This document shows, piece after piece, positions 22,972 through 36,309 of a stretch of 64,000 nt of DNA (within the stretch, counting starts at the first letter, position 1; each line of letters begins with the position of its first letter). The position numbers were made by a program, and so were the translations under genes. The notes beneath the pieces were generated by a model, which had not been told where the DNA came from, ran no database searches, and saw nothing but the letters and a program-made list of their open reading frames with translations. The DNA is from Curvularia clavata (taxonomy: Eukaryota). The stretch lies in assembly GCA_023920165.1 (NCBI GenBank), contig CP089277.1:3844001-3908000 (forward strand). The letters run 5' to 3'.

Positions 22972-23587
22972 ATGTTTTCCAGGCGCATTGTCGCGGCCCG
23001 CCCGCTCGCCCGATCCATCGTCCCCATCGCCGCACGCCCACGTCCGCAATTCACCCAGGTCCGGACGGCTCTGACCGACGCTGAGAAGGCCAATCTCGAG
23101 CTCTCCGACCCCAACCAAGTACGCTTTTCCCCTCCGTAGTTCCTGGGCCCCAAGCAAAGGGAGGATGGGAAATGCTGATTTGATGTGTGTGACAGAATGG
23201 CGGCTATATCAACCCGCCTGCTGAGAAGCGCGGAAACCGTGACCCCTACGGCGACTACTGGGACAAGCAGGAACGCCGTAACTACGGCGAGCCGTGCCAC
23301 GAGGACAACGATATCATGGGTGTCCTAGCCCTGCACGACTACAACCACTTTACTCCCCAGTGGGGTTTTGTTCTCATGGGCACATTTATTGCGACTGTCT
23401 TCGGCCTCTGTGCCGCTGTCAAGAGTGTCTACCCCGACAAGATTAGTGCCCCCAAGACGTACCCAGATGGTCTGGAGGCTGAGCTCGGAGGCAAGGGCGC
23501 TGTATTGGTAAGTTGATTCATGGACATGTTGGAATTGAGGTAGAGCTAATGGCGTCATAGGCGAGGAAGCCCGGTGAGACTTGGTAG
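22972..23587 (+). CDS. NADH:ubiquinone oxidoreductase subunit NDUFB8/ASHI-like; exons 22972-23118, 23196-23507, 23561-23587
   Basis: Arg-rich mitochondrial presequence MFSRRIVAARPLAR; RDPYGDYWDKQERRNYGEP..ED; one TM segment; YP.GLE.ELGG; canonical introns, 161 aa. Confidence 0.88.
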
Positions 23588-24321
23588 ATCACTCACACGT
23601 GCAGAATAAATCGTGTATACAATACCATTTCAATGGAATTCTCTTTGTCATTTTGATACCTCGGACAATATACATCTGATCTTTGCTTGGCATGCTTGAG
23701 TCGGGCCTTATCTCGTCACTGTTTCTTCTAGCTTATGCAATCTGGCCATCAAGTTGCAGAGAACATCTTTGCGAGAAAACAAAAAATCTGCAACATGGTC
23801 TTGAGTATTGAGAAAAGTTCGTATACCGTCATCGCTCCTACGTCTCACACAAACACACACATACACGTGCTCTCTCCAAACATAAAACATAATGCATAGA
23901 CATCTATCTATCTACCTAGCTACCTACGTATCAAATAACCCCAACTAAACATCGCCCCACAAAGGAGCCCAGAAAGGCCAACATTAGATATATCATCGCA
24001 AAACCTCGAACATTCCTCCCCGCCGCCCTCTTCCCCAAGAAACATACGAAGAATAAACGCCAGGCTAAAAAAAATCCATCCTCATCCCCCTTCCACTGAC
24101 AAAGGGCCTGGAACCAGTCATCGAAAGAAGAAAAAAGAAAAAGAGGATAATGATGCAGAGAGGTATCAGAAGAAGAAGGCGAGGTAAGAAAAGAAACCAA
24201 AGGGGTAATAGCGAGAAAAGAACACGCCCACCCCATCACCGCGCAAAGAAACCACGATTGAGAAACACACGTGCGGCAGGAAGATGCTTGTCCCTAGTCT
24301 TGTCCGGCTCAACTTATTATT

Positions 24322-27300
24322 TTACCGGCGCCCAGGACCCATACCCGTCATTCGGCCGCCACCAGCATTCAGACTCTGGCGGACAATTGCCTCTGCTGCC
24401 TGCGCAGCTGCAAGTCGTTCCTACACATGTACTGTTAGCAAGACCAAGAGGAAATGAGTTGTTCGACAATGGGGAAGCATACCTTTTGTCTGCTCCGATC
24501 TTTCAAGTACCTCTCTGCCTCTGGCCTCATTCGCAAAATTCTCAATATCATATCATCGTTTGGTTCGGCCTGTGCTTCTTTCCTCTTCTCTTCCTTGGCC
24601 TTCTTCATGGTGCCCAGGTTACGCGATAACATGATTGTCTTGTGCCGACGGGACGGCACGCCTGCGAATCCTGCTGCCCCACCAAACTGGTGGCCCATGG
24701 TTGGTGGCGCAGACATGCGGTTCAGCCGTTGTGCCTGTTCTTGCTGTCTCTTCGCGCTGGCTGCGGCCATTGATTCGGATGTGCGAATGAGGTCTTCCGT
24801 TGCCTCAAAGTAGAAAAAATTGAGATTCTGCAGCTCATGGTATTTCGGCGACTTGAGCACGTCCATGGGCACTCCCTCGACATTGCCGTCCTCATCTACT
24901 GCATGGAAGAAGTCGAACAGCATCTTCAGCCATTTGAATACAATATCCAGTTCCTGCTGGGTTAGTGGGCGCTGCTGTGAAAGCTTGTCAGATAGTGGAG
25001 GGACCAGCAATGACTCTATTGTGGAGAGCGTTTCTTTCCACAGCCTGGTCATGACCATAATCATGGCCGCATCTGTCAGTGTCTGTTTCATAATGGCGAA
25101 GTTTTCGTCAAAGTATACAAAGAGGGGTCCCAGGGCCTGCGTGATATCTTGTTGTGTAGGACCCTGGATGACTGACATGGGTCGCGCAGCTCGGAAATTT
25201 CCCAGGTAGTTCGTGACCTTGGAGGCTACGCCCTTGTTGAGAAGAGCATCGAGCGAGCGACGAGAAAGCTTGTATCCAATGAACGATGAGAGCTGTCGCT
25301 GTTAGCTTAGTTGAATATCGTGGTGCATGTGTACTACCTTGTCTGTAATCTTTCGCGTCATGTCACGCTCAGTCCTCTTAAGTGTTCTGAACGCCTTGCC
25401 AAAATAGAACTGGATGTCATCTCGCTCGCCTTCCATACTGACACGCAACAACAAGCGGCCCTGCGTATCCAGGTCGAGCCAGTACTCGCGGGGCATGTAG
25501 TCTCGGAAGTGCGATGGGTCAAGCTTGAGCGATGTTCGGCCAACACAGTCGTGGTCACCCATAGCATCCCAATCCCATATCGTCGCGACGACGTTGAGTG
25601 GGCCGTTGGTGGTGATGTCAATGGTTTCTTCCCAACGCGGATTCAAGTTGCGGTAAATTACTCGCGTCTTGGCCAGGCGCTTCTGGTACTCGTCACCAAG
25701 CACCACGTACGGATCGCTGAGTCCGTTGATATCGCACGCCTTTAGGTCTTCAGCCTCGATGATCTTAATGGTGAAGACAAAATTGTTGTTGCGAAGGCGT
25801 TGCGGCTGAGGTGGAGCGTTCCTCTGCAGCACCTCAGCGCAAGCATCGACGCCAATTTCACGCTCGAGTTTGTCCAGCTGCTGCATAGCATATTCAATGT
25901 TATTGAGTTTGACGAGAGACTATCATCGTAAGCGAGAGTTTTGTTTATTTGAAGTGGTGGCTTACCTCGGGATAGAACTGGAAGGGCTCTATCTTTTCCT
26001 TTTGACTGTAAAAGTCCTTGACAGTCGACAACCACTTTTCTTGTCTGGTCTGGTTAGCAGCGGCTTCCTGTTCAGGCGTTAAACGGTCCATCTCTCGAGC
26101 AAACTTTTGCTCCACAAGCTCGCAATATCTGGCGAGAGCAGTGCCAATCGATTTGGAAACAGCCGTCATGAACTTGGCATAGTGGACGTCATTGTCCCAA
26201 TTCAGCGACACAATTTGTTCAATGCTCTGATTGAAGGATCGGAAGATATCCACGACTGAGACGCTGTGTCTCTCATCGTCCAAGGGCACGGGGTTTTGCG
26301 ATTCAATCTGGAATGTATCTGCCTTGAACGCATTCTCGACCCAGTTGATCAAATTCTCGTCTGTAATCTGTATCCATCTCCATACAAATTCCTGGAGCTG
26401 GTCTTCGATATTGAAAGCGAATTTCTTGCCGGGCAAAGCATCGCTGTGTATGCGGCGGATTTCGACGAGCTCCTTGTACAAGTCAAAGCCATCCTGCACC
26501 GGCACATCCTCTTCTTTGGTGTGAGCAACGTCCATGATGCGAGCGACTAGGTCTCGCGCATCGGCAGCATATGCAGGGAACATCTTCTCGACGAGACACA
26601 TCATAGGGCTGGCGCCCATGACTTCGGGATTCTTGCGATAGCGCTTCTGTATCCGCTCACACAGCTTGACGACGGCACGGCCAAGCTCAATGACGTGGTA
26701 AAACTCCCACTCTTCTTTGGTGTCAGGGATATGCTTGGTAAGAAGCTCGTGGTAGACATCACCAGCCTTCTCTCGTAGGCCTTGGCGTAGCTGTTCAGTG
26801 AATTTGTCCATTTCTTCCTCTGTACCAGGGAACGCAGGGTCGTCATATATGTGATTTTCCAGCACATACATGACCGGACCAAGCGGAGGTGGCTTGGACT
26901 CGTACACGTGCATCATGAGCTCATAGAGCTCACGCAGGAGACAATCATGCAGGGAAGACAAAATCTGCTGCTGGAGCGCATAGTCGTGGATGGTCCACTT
27001 GGTCCGATCATGCAACGACTGTTGGACGGGAATGTAGCTCATACGATTCGACTTTTTCTCCATTGGCGGTGGCTCTTTGACGTAGTTGAAAGCTGCATCG
27101 AGGGTGTCAAGATCAATTTCCTGATTCACGTACTTGTCACGCACAACGTCCATGAACAAGACAAGACGCGAGAACTGGGGTATCCTCCACCGGAGGGCTA
27201 TCTCGTTCAAAAGCTCAGCAGATTGCTTGGACAGTAGCTTGACAGAGGGGTTATCAGCAGTGGCTTCTGTCGGTTCAAGCTCAGTATCTGCCAGGTCATG

Positions 27301-28569
27301 TTTCAGCGCTTGATTTAGTATTGCACGATAGGTGGCACGTGTGTCGGAAGGTATGAAAGTATACGGGTCATCGCCCGCATCGTCGTTGATGTTGAGCCCG
27401 CTCACGTCTACCGGCTGGTCAATCACATACGAAGAGCCGCCATCGGACGACGTGGACCCTTGTCTGGAAGCATCTGCATAGCCTGCATCTGCAGGTGCTT
27501 TTGGCTTGAATTGTGGTACAGCCCCGCCGGGCGAGCTCTTTGCGAGCTCGGGGTTGGACTGGATGATTGCTAGTATCATCTGCGAGAGGTCTGGCACCTC
27601 TTGGTTCTTCCATGCTTCGTATGCCTCCTCCGTGTCAAAGTCATCAGCATTGAGTGTCTTTTTGGTCATGAGGCTGAGGTGGGCCTGGTACGTCTTCAGA
27701 TCTTGCAACGCAGCCTTCTCCGTCCATACTGCCTTGTATCTATTGATGTCGGCCTGCACATCGGGATAGCTAACGTTGAAGATGCGTGAGACTACCAGGA
27801 CAAGCGGCATATCCTTGACCTCGTAGCTCCGGGGCACCTCGACTTCGATTGTTGTACCCCCTTGACCACCGTTGCGCTGATTCTCCGCGGCCAAATCCTG
27901 GTCGTGCACCAGCAGCTTCTTCTCCATGGTCGTCAGCCTCTGTGCAAGCTCAGGCCGGTCCCTTTGCCAGTCGTGGTCACGGAGGATAGAGCTGACGAGG
28001 CGAAGGAAGAGGGCGACGTGCCGATCGACCATGAGTTTCCAGCTGTCGTCTGTGGGTGCCTTTCCCTTTTGCAGCTCCTTTGTAGCGTTTGAGTAGAAGA
28101 TGAGGAGCAAATCCTCGACTCTCCTGTCCTTGTCCATGTTCTTTCTAAAGGACGGATCCTTGAAGGCATTGAGGAAGACGGCAAAGGTGCGCTTGACGGT
28201 GGCGTCCTGGAACTCTGGCATGCGTTCGGTGCCCATGAGCACTTTTGTGATGCGCTTATCGAGGGCGGCCATGAAGTCGCGGGGAAAGCGTGTGCTCTTG
28301 GAGTCTCTGATGAGGGAGAAGTCCTTCATTAGGTCGTTGATGGAGGTCGACGAGCGCTGGACGTGCTTTGGGGCGGAGGGGACATGCTGGACTCGTTTCT
28401 GGCGGGGCTGAAGCAGGTATGCGAGGTATGCAGCGCGGAGGGCATAGAGATAGGCATCTTGGGCACTGACGGGCCGCTTCCCACGGACCGTCGCTGAGCT
28501 GTTGCTGCGCAGGCGCTCTCGGGCCTGCAGGCTGTTTATGCGACGGTTGCTCCCGCGGGAGGTGTCCAT
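24322..28569 (-). CDS. Munc13-homology/C2 domain protein (fungal Unc13-like); exons 28569-25966, 25919-25338, 25292-24483, 24420-24322
   Basis: RHSVSVVDIF MHD1-like motif; C2 domain (IIEAEDLKACDINGLSDPYV..NLNPRWEE..WDWD); MHD2-like region; three canonical introns maintain the frame. Confidence 0.85.
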
Positions 28570-29764
28570 GGTTGTGCGAGGGCGAGGGGATTCAATGGCG
28601 TGGGCTCGGGGTGGTGGCCGCGGTCGGGCACATATCAGGGCCGCAGTGGTGGTGGGGATGTCGTCGTTGTGGTGTTGTATGTATGTATGCGTGTTACGGG
28701 GCGGGTGCCCAGTCGACGTTGGACCGCAACAGTGGTGGGGGGAAGCAGCGACCCGGCCCGACCCTTCTCTTGTACTTTTCTCCGCCTAGCCTGTAGACAC
28801 ACGATGGAGTCGGAGTCTCGTGCACTGCTGTCTTCTTTATTTTTGTCGCTTGTGACGGCCGTCTGAGACGATCGACGGTATCTCTGGGCGGCGCGTTGTG
28901 GGCAACGGGGTCGCTGGTGGCGCGGCGGAAGCTCCACCACAGTGCGTCACACGCTGTCTGTCGGCAGGGGGCACAAGCTCACGCCGACCTTGAAACAAAG
29001 CTTTAATTAGTCCTTAGTCGCAGTGACATGTCGCCCAGTGAGCCGTGTAATTTTGGCCAGGACAAACCGTCTTGTTTGAACCGTACTCTTGTTCTGCCTC
29101 CTTCACCGTTGTCAGGTCTTGTCTTGTCTTGCCAGGCACACGCACAGACAGGCACATGGCCACGGACATGGTCATGGACATGGCACCGTGTCGCTTCACC
29201 CCGCGCCTACATGGATAGTCTGCCTTTATAGTAGAAACGCTCAAGTCCCTGCAGTGCATATTGCAGGGCGCATCTTCACCCAGAACTCCATCTCCATGCT
29301 GCTCGCTTTCTGCCGACGAAGCACCAGAGGGAAATTCACTTCATTTGCCCTCTGCGCCATGGTCGTATTATAGCCGAGACGCCTGAAGCTCGGGACGCGC
29401 TGGCGCATTCACATGCATTTCCCCAACTGCGCTCCACTAACTTTCGTACCACCACCAAAAATCGCGAGGCTTATAGTACGGCCTCCGTGGACCCTCGTGG
29501 ACCCGGTCCCTTCACGTCTGCCCTTTGTCCTCGTCGTACCTAGGGACTATGTCACTGCCTCTTGCTTACTTCCCTCCATAGCCCTACGCTGTCACTGCGC
29601 CAAACGCTCCGACATCACCCACACTCACTCTCGTATTCACACATCGCACGCGCCACAAAGACAGCACATCCCTTCCATCTGGTCCGGGTAGCCTCGCCTG
29701 TCCGGGAGCTCTGTCCCTGCTAGCGGGCTCTTCTGTCCGTCCGACGATATATGCACCAGCCGCC

Positions 29765-30148
29765 ATGCCAGCATCTCAAAGTCCCACCAATGCCGCTGAC
29801 AGGCCGCGCCTGACCGAAGCCCAGAAGAAGGAGAACCACATCCGCTCCGAGCAAAAGCGACGCGAGGCCATCCGCGAAGGCTTCGACCGACTTGCCTCTA
29901 TCGTACCGGGCCTCGAGGGCCAGGGGCGCAGCGAGGCTGTTGTACTGGGCGGCGCAATCAAGCTCATGCGCGACAAGATTATGGAGCGACAGCAACTCAT
30001 AAACGACGCAAAGGCAAAGGGCATCGATACAACCGGCTGGGAGCTAGACAAGGAGACTATCGAGGCGTGCGCGAAGCAGTTTGAGAGGGCCCTGGCCGAG
30101 GAGCGCCAAGCAGGCAATGGGGTAGAGAACGGAGCCGAAGAGAAATAG
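29765..30148 (+). CDS. Small bHLH transcription factor, Ino4-like
   Basis: LTEAQKKENHIRSEQKRREAIREGFDRLASIVPGL..QGRSEAVVL. Confidence 0.85.
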   Translation: MPASQSPTNAADRPRLTEAQKKENHIRSEQKRREAIREGFDRLASIVPGLEGQGRSEAVVLGGAIKLMRDKIMERQQLINDAKAKGIDTTGWELDKETIEACAKQFERALAEERQAGNGVENGAEEK

Positions 30149-30615
30149 GAGAAGCCACGCGCGCGCATGCCTCTGAGATTAAACACAAACAAATCCAAGC
30201 CAGCATCAGAGCTGCGAAGAAAAAACAATTCTCGGCTATGGTTATATCAAACGCATGTATGAAAGTCATGAGACCATGATGTTTTTGTATGGGCGCAGGA
30301 GCCATTACCATAAGTAAACAAAGCACTTTTAACCTAATACCGCAAAACGACAAAATATCAAAACCCCATCTTCAAATGCATGCGTGTTTCACAGCATCCA
30401 AATAGCAAACATGTGCGGACAAGCAATTCAAGCTACTTTCGTCTTGACCTTCACCTGCCCACAACTTGCGCTCTTATCGATAAGCCCCAAAATTATCTTT
30501 CACATGCTTCCGCTTCCTGCACCCCGCCATCTCACCTGGGTCCAGCGCCCCTGGCACATCCCGAACAACTAAGCCCAATCCGCGTATCCCAGGTTTCTGC
30601 ATCTCAGTCGCAACA

Positions 30616-31854
30616 ATGGCGTTTAGCTTTGGCTTTTCCGGCGACGACATAGAAGAGGACCCGAATGATGTGCAAGAGCAGAGTGGGCAGCAGACCACTG
30701 CTGATGCAGAGAGTAATGCGCCGCCGCCCATTGCCGCTCGAACACATGACTTAGATGAAATGGTAGGTTATATTTTGTATTCATATACTGGAACTCAGCA
30801 CTGTGTTTTCCACCTCTTTACAACCAGCAATGCCATCTTTACTTCTTCATTACCATGTCCATACTAAACCACCCCCCAGCTCTCCACCCTTCCCGACAAA
30901 ATCTCCTTCTCAACCGTAACCCTTACCTCCCCCAAAGGCTTCACTGCGCGGCTCCCCCGCCGCGAACTCTTCGACGTGCGCCTACAACTAATGGCCGAAG
31001 ATGACGGCACCACCGTCTCCCCCTTATCCGGCCTCGAAGCTACCGACCTGCAGCAAAACGTCTACGAAGGCGGGTACAAGACGTGGGAATGCAGTCTTGA
31101 TCTCGTGCGATTCCTGCTCGACCGAGGGCCGAGAAAGGATCTCGATGACTTGGTTCGAGTGGGCCACGTGATCGAAATGGGATGCGGAAGTGCGCTGCCG
31201 TCGCTACTATTGTTTCAGTATGCGTTGAGAGAGGGGCTGGGCATTTATTTTACGCTGACAGACTATAATGCTGATGTCTTGAGGTTGGTTACGGTGCCGA
31301 ATTTGCTGCTGGCGTGGGCGGCGACACTGGGTGACGAGGAGAGTAAGACATTGTTTGCGGCTGAGACGCCGAATCCATTTCTCCTCAAGACGTCTTCTGC
31401 GTCTGGACAATCGGACGCAGATACCAAAGAAGAGGAGGAGGAGGCGAACGGCGACTTGTACATTACTCCCGCCCTCCTCCAAGCGTTTAAAACCGCCCTT
31501 TCCAACACTGGTATCACGCTTACTTTTCTCTCGGGATCCTGGGCCCCGACGTCCTCGCTCCTATCGCTTATTCCCTCCTCGCACGATCTCAACACGTTCA
31601 TTCTGGGCTCCGAGACTATCTACAGTCCTGCCTCGCTTACGGCCTTTGCGGACGCTATTGTGGCCCTCATGGGGCGCGTCAAGATGGCTAAGACGCTGGT
31701 TGCGGCTAAGCGAGTGTACTTTGGAGTGGGTGGAAGTGTAGATGGATTCAGAGAGGAGTGTAGTCGTAGGGGCTGTGTGGCGAGTGAGCTTGAGTTTGAG
31801 GGCTTGGGAGAGGGCGGCGTGAGGAGGTGTTTGGTTGAGGTGCAGATGTATTAG
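30616..31854 (+). CDS. HPM1: Histidine protein methyltransferase (Hpm1/METTL18 family); intron 30763-30879
   Basis: MAFSFGF start; RRELFDVR.QLMAED; VYEGGYKTWECSLDL; EMGCGSALP; DYN; SETIYS; AAKRVYFGVGG. Confidence 0.88.
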
Positions 31855-32086
31855 CATTGTAGAAATGCGCAATCATTGTGTTTGATTAAGAGAAAGAAGA
31901 GAAAAGATACACTTCCATAGGCAGAGATGCGCAGATGAAAGTAAAGGGTATCTAGGAATTGTCGGGGAATATGAAGGAGGTCAAGTAGAAGGATATCGAA
32001 AAGCAGTGCCTATCAAAGCCATGGATATCATATCCAAGAACACAACTTAACGTCTTTCGAAAGCGCGCAAAACAAATTCAATCCTC

Positions 32087-33865
32087 CTACTTCACCCTCA
32101 CAGTGACAGCCGGACCAGGCAACTCTCTCCAACCCTCCCCATCCTCACTATCCCGCATAAGTCTTCTATACGTATCCCCCTCGGCTCTGAGCTGCTCTCC
32201 GCGACTAACCTGCAGTCTCTCCACCCCTTTTCCAATCGTATCGATATGTACCTGCACCGGGACCCCACCCTTGTACCCCAGGATCTCAGGCGCCGCCACA
32301 CCCTCACGCAAGTTCTCGAGCCCGGCCTGGATTTCCTGGAGCTTGAGCAGCGTTTCTGAGACGTGGACAACAGCCTTTTGGCGGTAGGCGCTGATGTTAG
32401 ATAAGAGAGTGAGGGAGCGCTTGTTGGCTTTTACGTCGCTGCGGTTGCCACCCAGTTTAGTCCAGAGCGAGGATAAGAGTTCTTCTTGGGAACGCGTGAT
32501 AGTCTGGTCGTCTGTCGTGGCAATGTCGAAGATGGTGGTGAGGCGCTCTTCCAGGTTGTTGAGGACGAGGAGGAGTGCCTGTGCGGTTTCAATCAAGCGG
32601 GTGATTTCGTCTTTGTTCTTGCTCACGTGCAGCACGTATTGGTCGAAGATGCGCTCTTGCAGCGAAGGTGGTGGTGCTATAAATGCGCTGGTCATTTGGC
32701 GAACCACCCTGTTGAGAGCACCGACAGAGGCTTCTTGGTCGGAGATACCAGCCAGGACGTTCATGGTCCAGGTGTTGGTTGCAATGACGCGGTCCATAGC
32801 AGCGCCGATGCGACTGTTGTAACGGGATAAGTCCACTGATGCCTCGTTTGCCGTTTGAATAAAATACTCAAACTCGTTCTCGAGGGCTTTTCGGCTAGGT
32901 AGACGCGAGTGCTTTACGAGAATGCGCAGGTCGCGGATTGCAAGCTCAGAGTTCTTGATAGTAGCGGGCAGCGCCGACGTGTCTTTGGATGCATCAAGAA
33001 TGTCCTCAAACTTGCCTTGGACATTGATGAGCTCCTCGAAGTCGGCTTCGTGTCTGGTGAACGAGTCTGTGGTAGCACAGGCGGAGATGAGGTAAGAAGA
33101 ACCCGGTAGGGCGCAGACGGGTCCCATGACGGTGTTTGAAACCGTAGAGCGAAGCATACCGGACGCCAGCTGGATACCGAAAACCAAGATGCCGACGCCC
33201 AGGACAACGCCCAGAAATGGCTTGATGAAATGGCGAACAGCATAGGAGAATATGTCCAGGAAATGGCCGAGCAGAGGAGCGCCCACGTTGTCCCAGAACA
33301 GGCTGACATAGTGCCATGGACTCACTTCTTCCTGTCTTTGTCTCGGTGGCTGGTGATTACCAGTTGATGCTTTTGCGGAGGGCAGTCGACGTGTACTTGT
33401 TTGACGGTTCTGTGCTGCGTTTCTTGCGCGATTACGTGGTTGCGATTTCTGGACAGGTGATCCATCATATCCACTCGAGTTTTCCATAGAGGGCATGATA
33501 AGGCTGGGTCCTGACGAGTCTGGTCTATAGGTTCTTTGTTCTCTCTTGAACGGCCTCGGCGTGGTTGCGTCGGACGCTATCCTCTGGGACTGACTGGCTT
33601 TTGTGCGGTCTGCTGGCTTCCTCCCTGGTGTTTTATGGGCCTGTGCAACGGGTGTCGACTGGCTGAGATGGTTGCGCTTAGACCTGGGGGTGACAATGGG
33701 GTCTGATTCAGCCTCTGGCAGGACTTCTTTGTCTGAAGCTTCTAGTTCCACATCACTACCCGCGTCGCTCGCTGGAGGAGTAGAGCCCTCTTCCTCAGAT
33801 GTGTAGTCAGCGTCACCCCAACTACTTCCTAGGCTGCGGTCTAGCCGTTTGGGACGTGCGTGCAT
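32087..33865 (-). CDS. Hypothetical protein: disordered N-terminus, one TM segment, helical/coiled-coil C-terminus
   Basis: Intronless ORF of about 592 aa from ATG 33865 (the ORF-track start is TTG); TM segment FLGVVLGVGILVFGIQL. Confidence 0.75.
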   Translation of the reverse strand: MHARPKRLDRSLGSSWGDADYTSEEEGSTPPASDAGSDVELEASDKEVLPEAESDPIVTPRSKRNHLSQSTPVAQAHKTPGRKPADRTKASQSQRIASDATTPRPFKREQRTYRPDSSGPSLIMPSMENSSGYDGSPVQKSQPRNRARNAAQNRQTSTRRLPSAKASTGNHQPPRQRQEEVSPWHYVSLFWDNVGAPLLGHFLDIFSYAVRHFIKPFLGVVLGVGILVFGIQLASGMLRSTVSNTVMGPVCALPGSSYLISACATTDSFTRHEADFEELINVQGKFEDILDASKDTSALPATIKNSELAIRDLRILVKHSRLPSRKALENEFEYFIQTANEASVDLSRYNSRIGAAMDRVIATNTWTMNVLAGISDQEASVGALNRVVRQMTSAFIAPPPSLQERIFDQYVLHVSKNKDEITRLIETAQALLLVLNNLEERLTTIFDIATTDDQTITRSQEELLSSLWTKLGGNRSDVKANKRSLTLLSNISAYRQKAVVHVSETLLKLQEIQAGLENLREGVAAPEILGYKGGVPVQVHIDTIGKGVERLQVSRGEQLRAEGDTYRRLMRDSEDGEGWRELPGPAVTVRVK

Positions 33866-34318
33866 GTTCTGAAACGAAGAGGGTGAGGTCAACGGGAACG
33901 GAGCTATACGACGATAAGAGTGCAGCGCAGGACGAGATATGGAGATCAGGCAGTCAAGGTAATAGTGACGATTCTACTTTCACTGGACTCATGTGTAAGT
34001 GTAGGTGGCTGGGCAGAACGAACGAATTGCCACTAACACTACACGTGTGACGTGGTGCGGGGCCAATCAGCGGTCGAGCGAATATTGCTTGCTTTGATGT
34101 GCTTTGGGGAGGCTGGGTTCTTTCACCATCAGTGCATTGTTCAAGCGAGCATCACGCGCATTTACTTGTGGTGTTAGTCTACGGGTGGCGATGGTGTTGT
34201 TTACCCCTCGGGCTCGCCAACGTCATCCCACGCTGGTTGACAGCTCCGCCAAGCCGCTAGCCCAGAAAGTGCACCTTCAACTTCACACTGATGCACTGAG
34301 TGGGCTCAAGACTTTCCA

Positions 34319-35947
34319 ATGCCACCATTGCGCCAGCTTCCGTTTGCGCTGCAGGCTGTGAGACGGACACAAATAAAGCCTCGGCTATGGCATCAACATG
34401 GACGTCTCATTGCTCGGGGCTGCTCATGCTCCGCGCCTCAGCGATTCCAGCACACGGTAACGGTTTCAGCTGAAGAGCCCGCCAGTGCCCGACTCAACCC
34501 AACAACTGCAAGCCCGCCTACGCCTCCAACCGACCACCGGACGCTCGCCCAAACACACAACCTCTTCATTACATCGCCATATAGCCCTGGCTCCCCACTG
34601 ATCCTTCCCAATGGCGCTTATGTGTTTCAGAAGTTGCAGTCCTTCCTCCGCGCGCAGTACCCACAGTTTGGCTTTCAAGAGGTCATAACGCCCATAATAT
34701 ACAAAAAGTCGCTGTGGGAAAAGTCAGGACATTGGGAAAATTATGCCGAAGACATGTTCAGCGTGCAAGGGCGGGGAGCAACGTCTCAAATACCAGAAGC
34801 CGAGGGCGGAGAGGATGGCGAGTTTGGACTGAAGCCAATGAACTGCCCAGGCCATTGTTTGCTGTTCCGAGACGAAATAAAGAGTTACCGTGATCTGCCA
34901 GTCAGACTTGCTGACTTTAGCGCGTTACATCGGAACGAAATCTCGGGCGCATTGACAGGCTTGACAAGAGTCCGGCGATTCCACCAGGACGATGCACACA
35001 TCTTCTGCCGCCCAGACCAGATTCTGTCGGAAATTGAGCAGACGCTCAAGTTTGTAGGCATGGTATACAATACGTTTGGACTGGGGCCATATAAGTTGCT
35101 TCTCTCCACTCGTCCAAAGGACAGCTTCATAGGTACCATTGAAGAGTGGGATCGCGCAGAGGAACAACTAACAACTGCGCTCAACAATATCGGTAGTGAA
35201 TGGGCCATCAACGAGGGAGATGGAGCATTCTATGGTCCCAAGATTGACATCATCTTGAAGGACTCAAACGGGAAAGAGCATCAAACGGCTACTATCCAGC
35301 TCGACTTCCAGCTGCCACAACGCTTCGATCTGCAGTATCAGGCATCGCCAGAGGAGCTGGAGGCAGGCTCACAAACCTCCATGGACCAAGGACTAGACGC
35401 AGCATTTCGCCGCCCTGTCATTGTCCACCGTGCTATCTATGGATCCATTGAGCGCTTCATGGCTCTGCTCATTGAACACTATGCGGGAAAGTATCCTTTC
35501 TGGCTATCTCCAAGACCAGCTATTGTGCTGTCACTCAATTCCGACCCCAAGGTTCTGGAACACGTCTCGCGCATCCAGTCAGTCCTGTCGGGCTTAAAGC
35601 CACAAGATGCGGTTGTAGAGTCGTCGCCGTCGTCGCCAAAGCCTCTGCCTCTATCCACCATCCACCTCCCTGTGGACACTGACACAAGTGACCGCTCGCT
35701 TGGTAAGAAAATTGCCGAAGCAAGAGGAAAGAAATACAATCACATCATTGTCGTTGGTGGCCGCGAAGTGGAAAGCGACAGTATGAACTTGCAGGTTGTA
35801 AACCAACCCCATGAGGACACTACGTTTGAGGTTTTGGAAAAGCAGCTCGAGAGACAGCTCACCGACAAGGAACGCTCTAAGGGAGTGAATATCCCTTTGA
35901 GTGCGACTAGGAAGTACTTTGAACAGCTAGTCAACTCTTTTCTGTAA
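34319..35947 (+). CDS. MST1: Mitochondrial threonyl-tRNA synthetase
   Basis: Presequence; DHR, SGHWENY, KPMNCPGHC, RVRRFHQDDAHIFC, GAFYGPKID, TIQLDF, HRAIYGSIERF; no N-terminal editing domain, as in yeast Mst1. Confidence 0.93.
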   Translation: MPPLRQLPFALQAVRRTQIKPRLWHQHGRLIARGCSCSAPQRFQHTVTVSAEEPASARLNPTTASPPTPPTDHRTLAQTHNLFITSPYSPGSPLILPNGAYVFQKLQSFLRAQYPQFGFQEVITPIIYKKSLWEKSGHWENYAEDMFSVQGRGATSQIPEAEGGEDGEFGLKPMNCPGHCLLFRDEIKSYRDLPVRLADFSALHRNEISGALTGLTRVRRFHQDDAHIFCRPDQILSEIEQTLKFVGMVYNTFGLGPYKLLLSTRPKDSFIGTIEEWDRAEEQLTTALNNIGSEWAINEGDGAFYGPKIDIILKDSNGKEHQTATIQLDFQLPQRFDLQYQASPEELEAGSQTSMDQGLDAAFRRPVIVHRAIYGSIERFMALLIEHYAGKYPFWLSPRPAIVLSLNSDPKVLEHVSRIQSVLSGLKPQDAVVESSPSSPKPLPLSTIHLPVDTDTSDRSLGKKIAEARGKKYNHIIVVGGREVESDSMNLQVVNQPHEDTTFEVLEKQLERQLTDKERSKGVNIPLSATRKYFEQLVNSFL

Positions 35948-36285
35948 ATCAACATTCTCTTCTCTTTACTGGAATTCTTCGCTATGGCCTACCAAATGTC
36001 GCCCAGCTTGTGCTAGGCTTCATCTTGGACTCGTATGCTGTTCAGGGTGACTCGAGAAAGGGGTCATGGCATATTGCAATAAGTACCCGCGCTGTAGATC
36101 TTCCCTGGGACAGTTGCATTCACCGACAGCTGGTATGACCTGCGGCCAGACGACAACCCGCTACTTTGTGTTCCGGTCGCATTCGCGACTAGCTCGTATG
36201 AATTTCAATTGTTGTGACATCACACCGTTTATCACAACATCAAGCTTTGCGGCGGTTTTGGCAAGACCTGTGTCTCCTGCTAGCG

Positions 36286-36309
36286 TCTCTCTCTCTCTCT
36301 CTCTCTCTC
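36286..36309. repeat. (TC)12 microsatellite
   Basis: Read directly from the sequence. Confidence 0.9.

Noticed and set aside
29150..29190. Imperfect CATGGN hexamer repeat (reads HGHGHG)
   Set aside because: Short intergenic simple repeat in a non-credible ORF.
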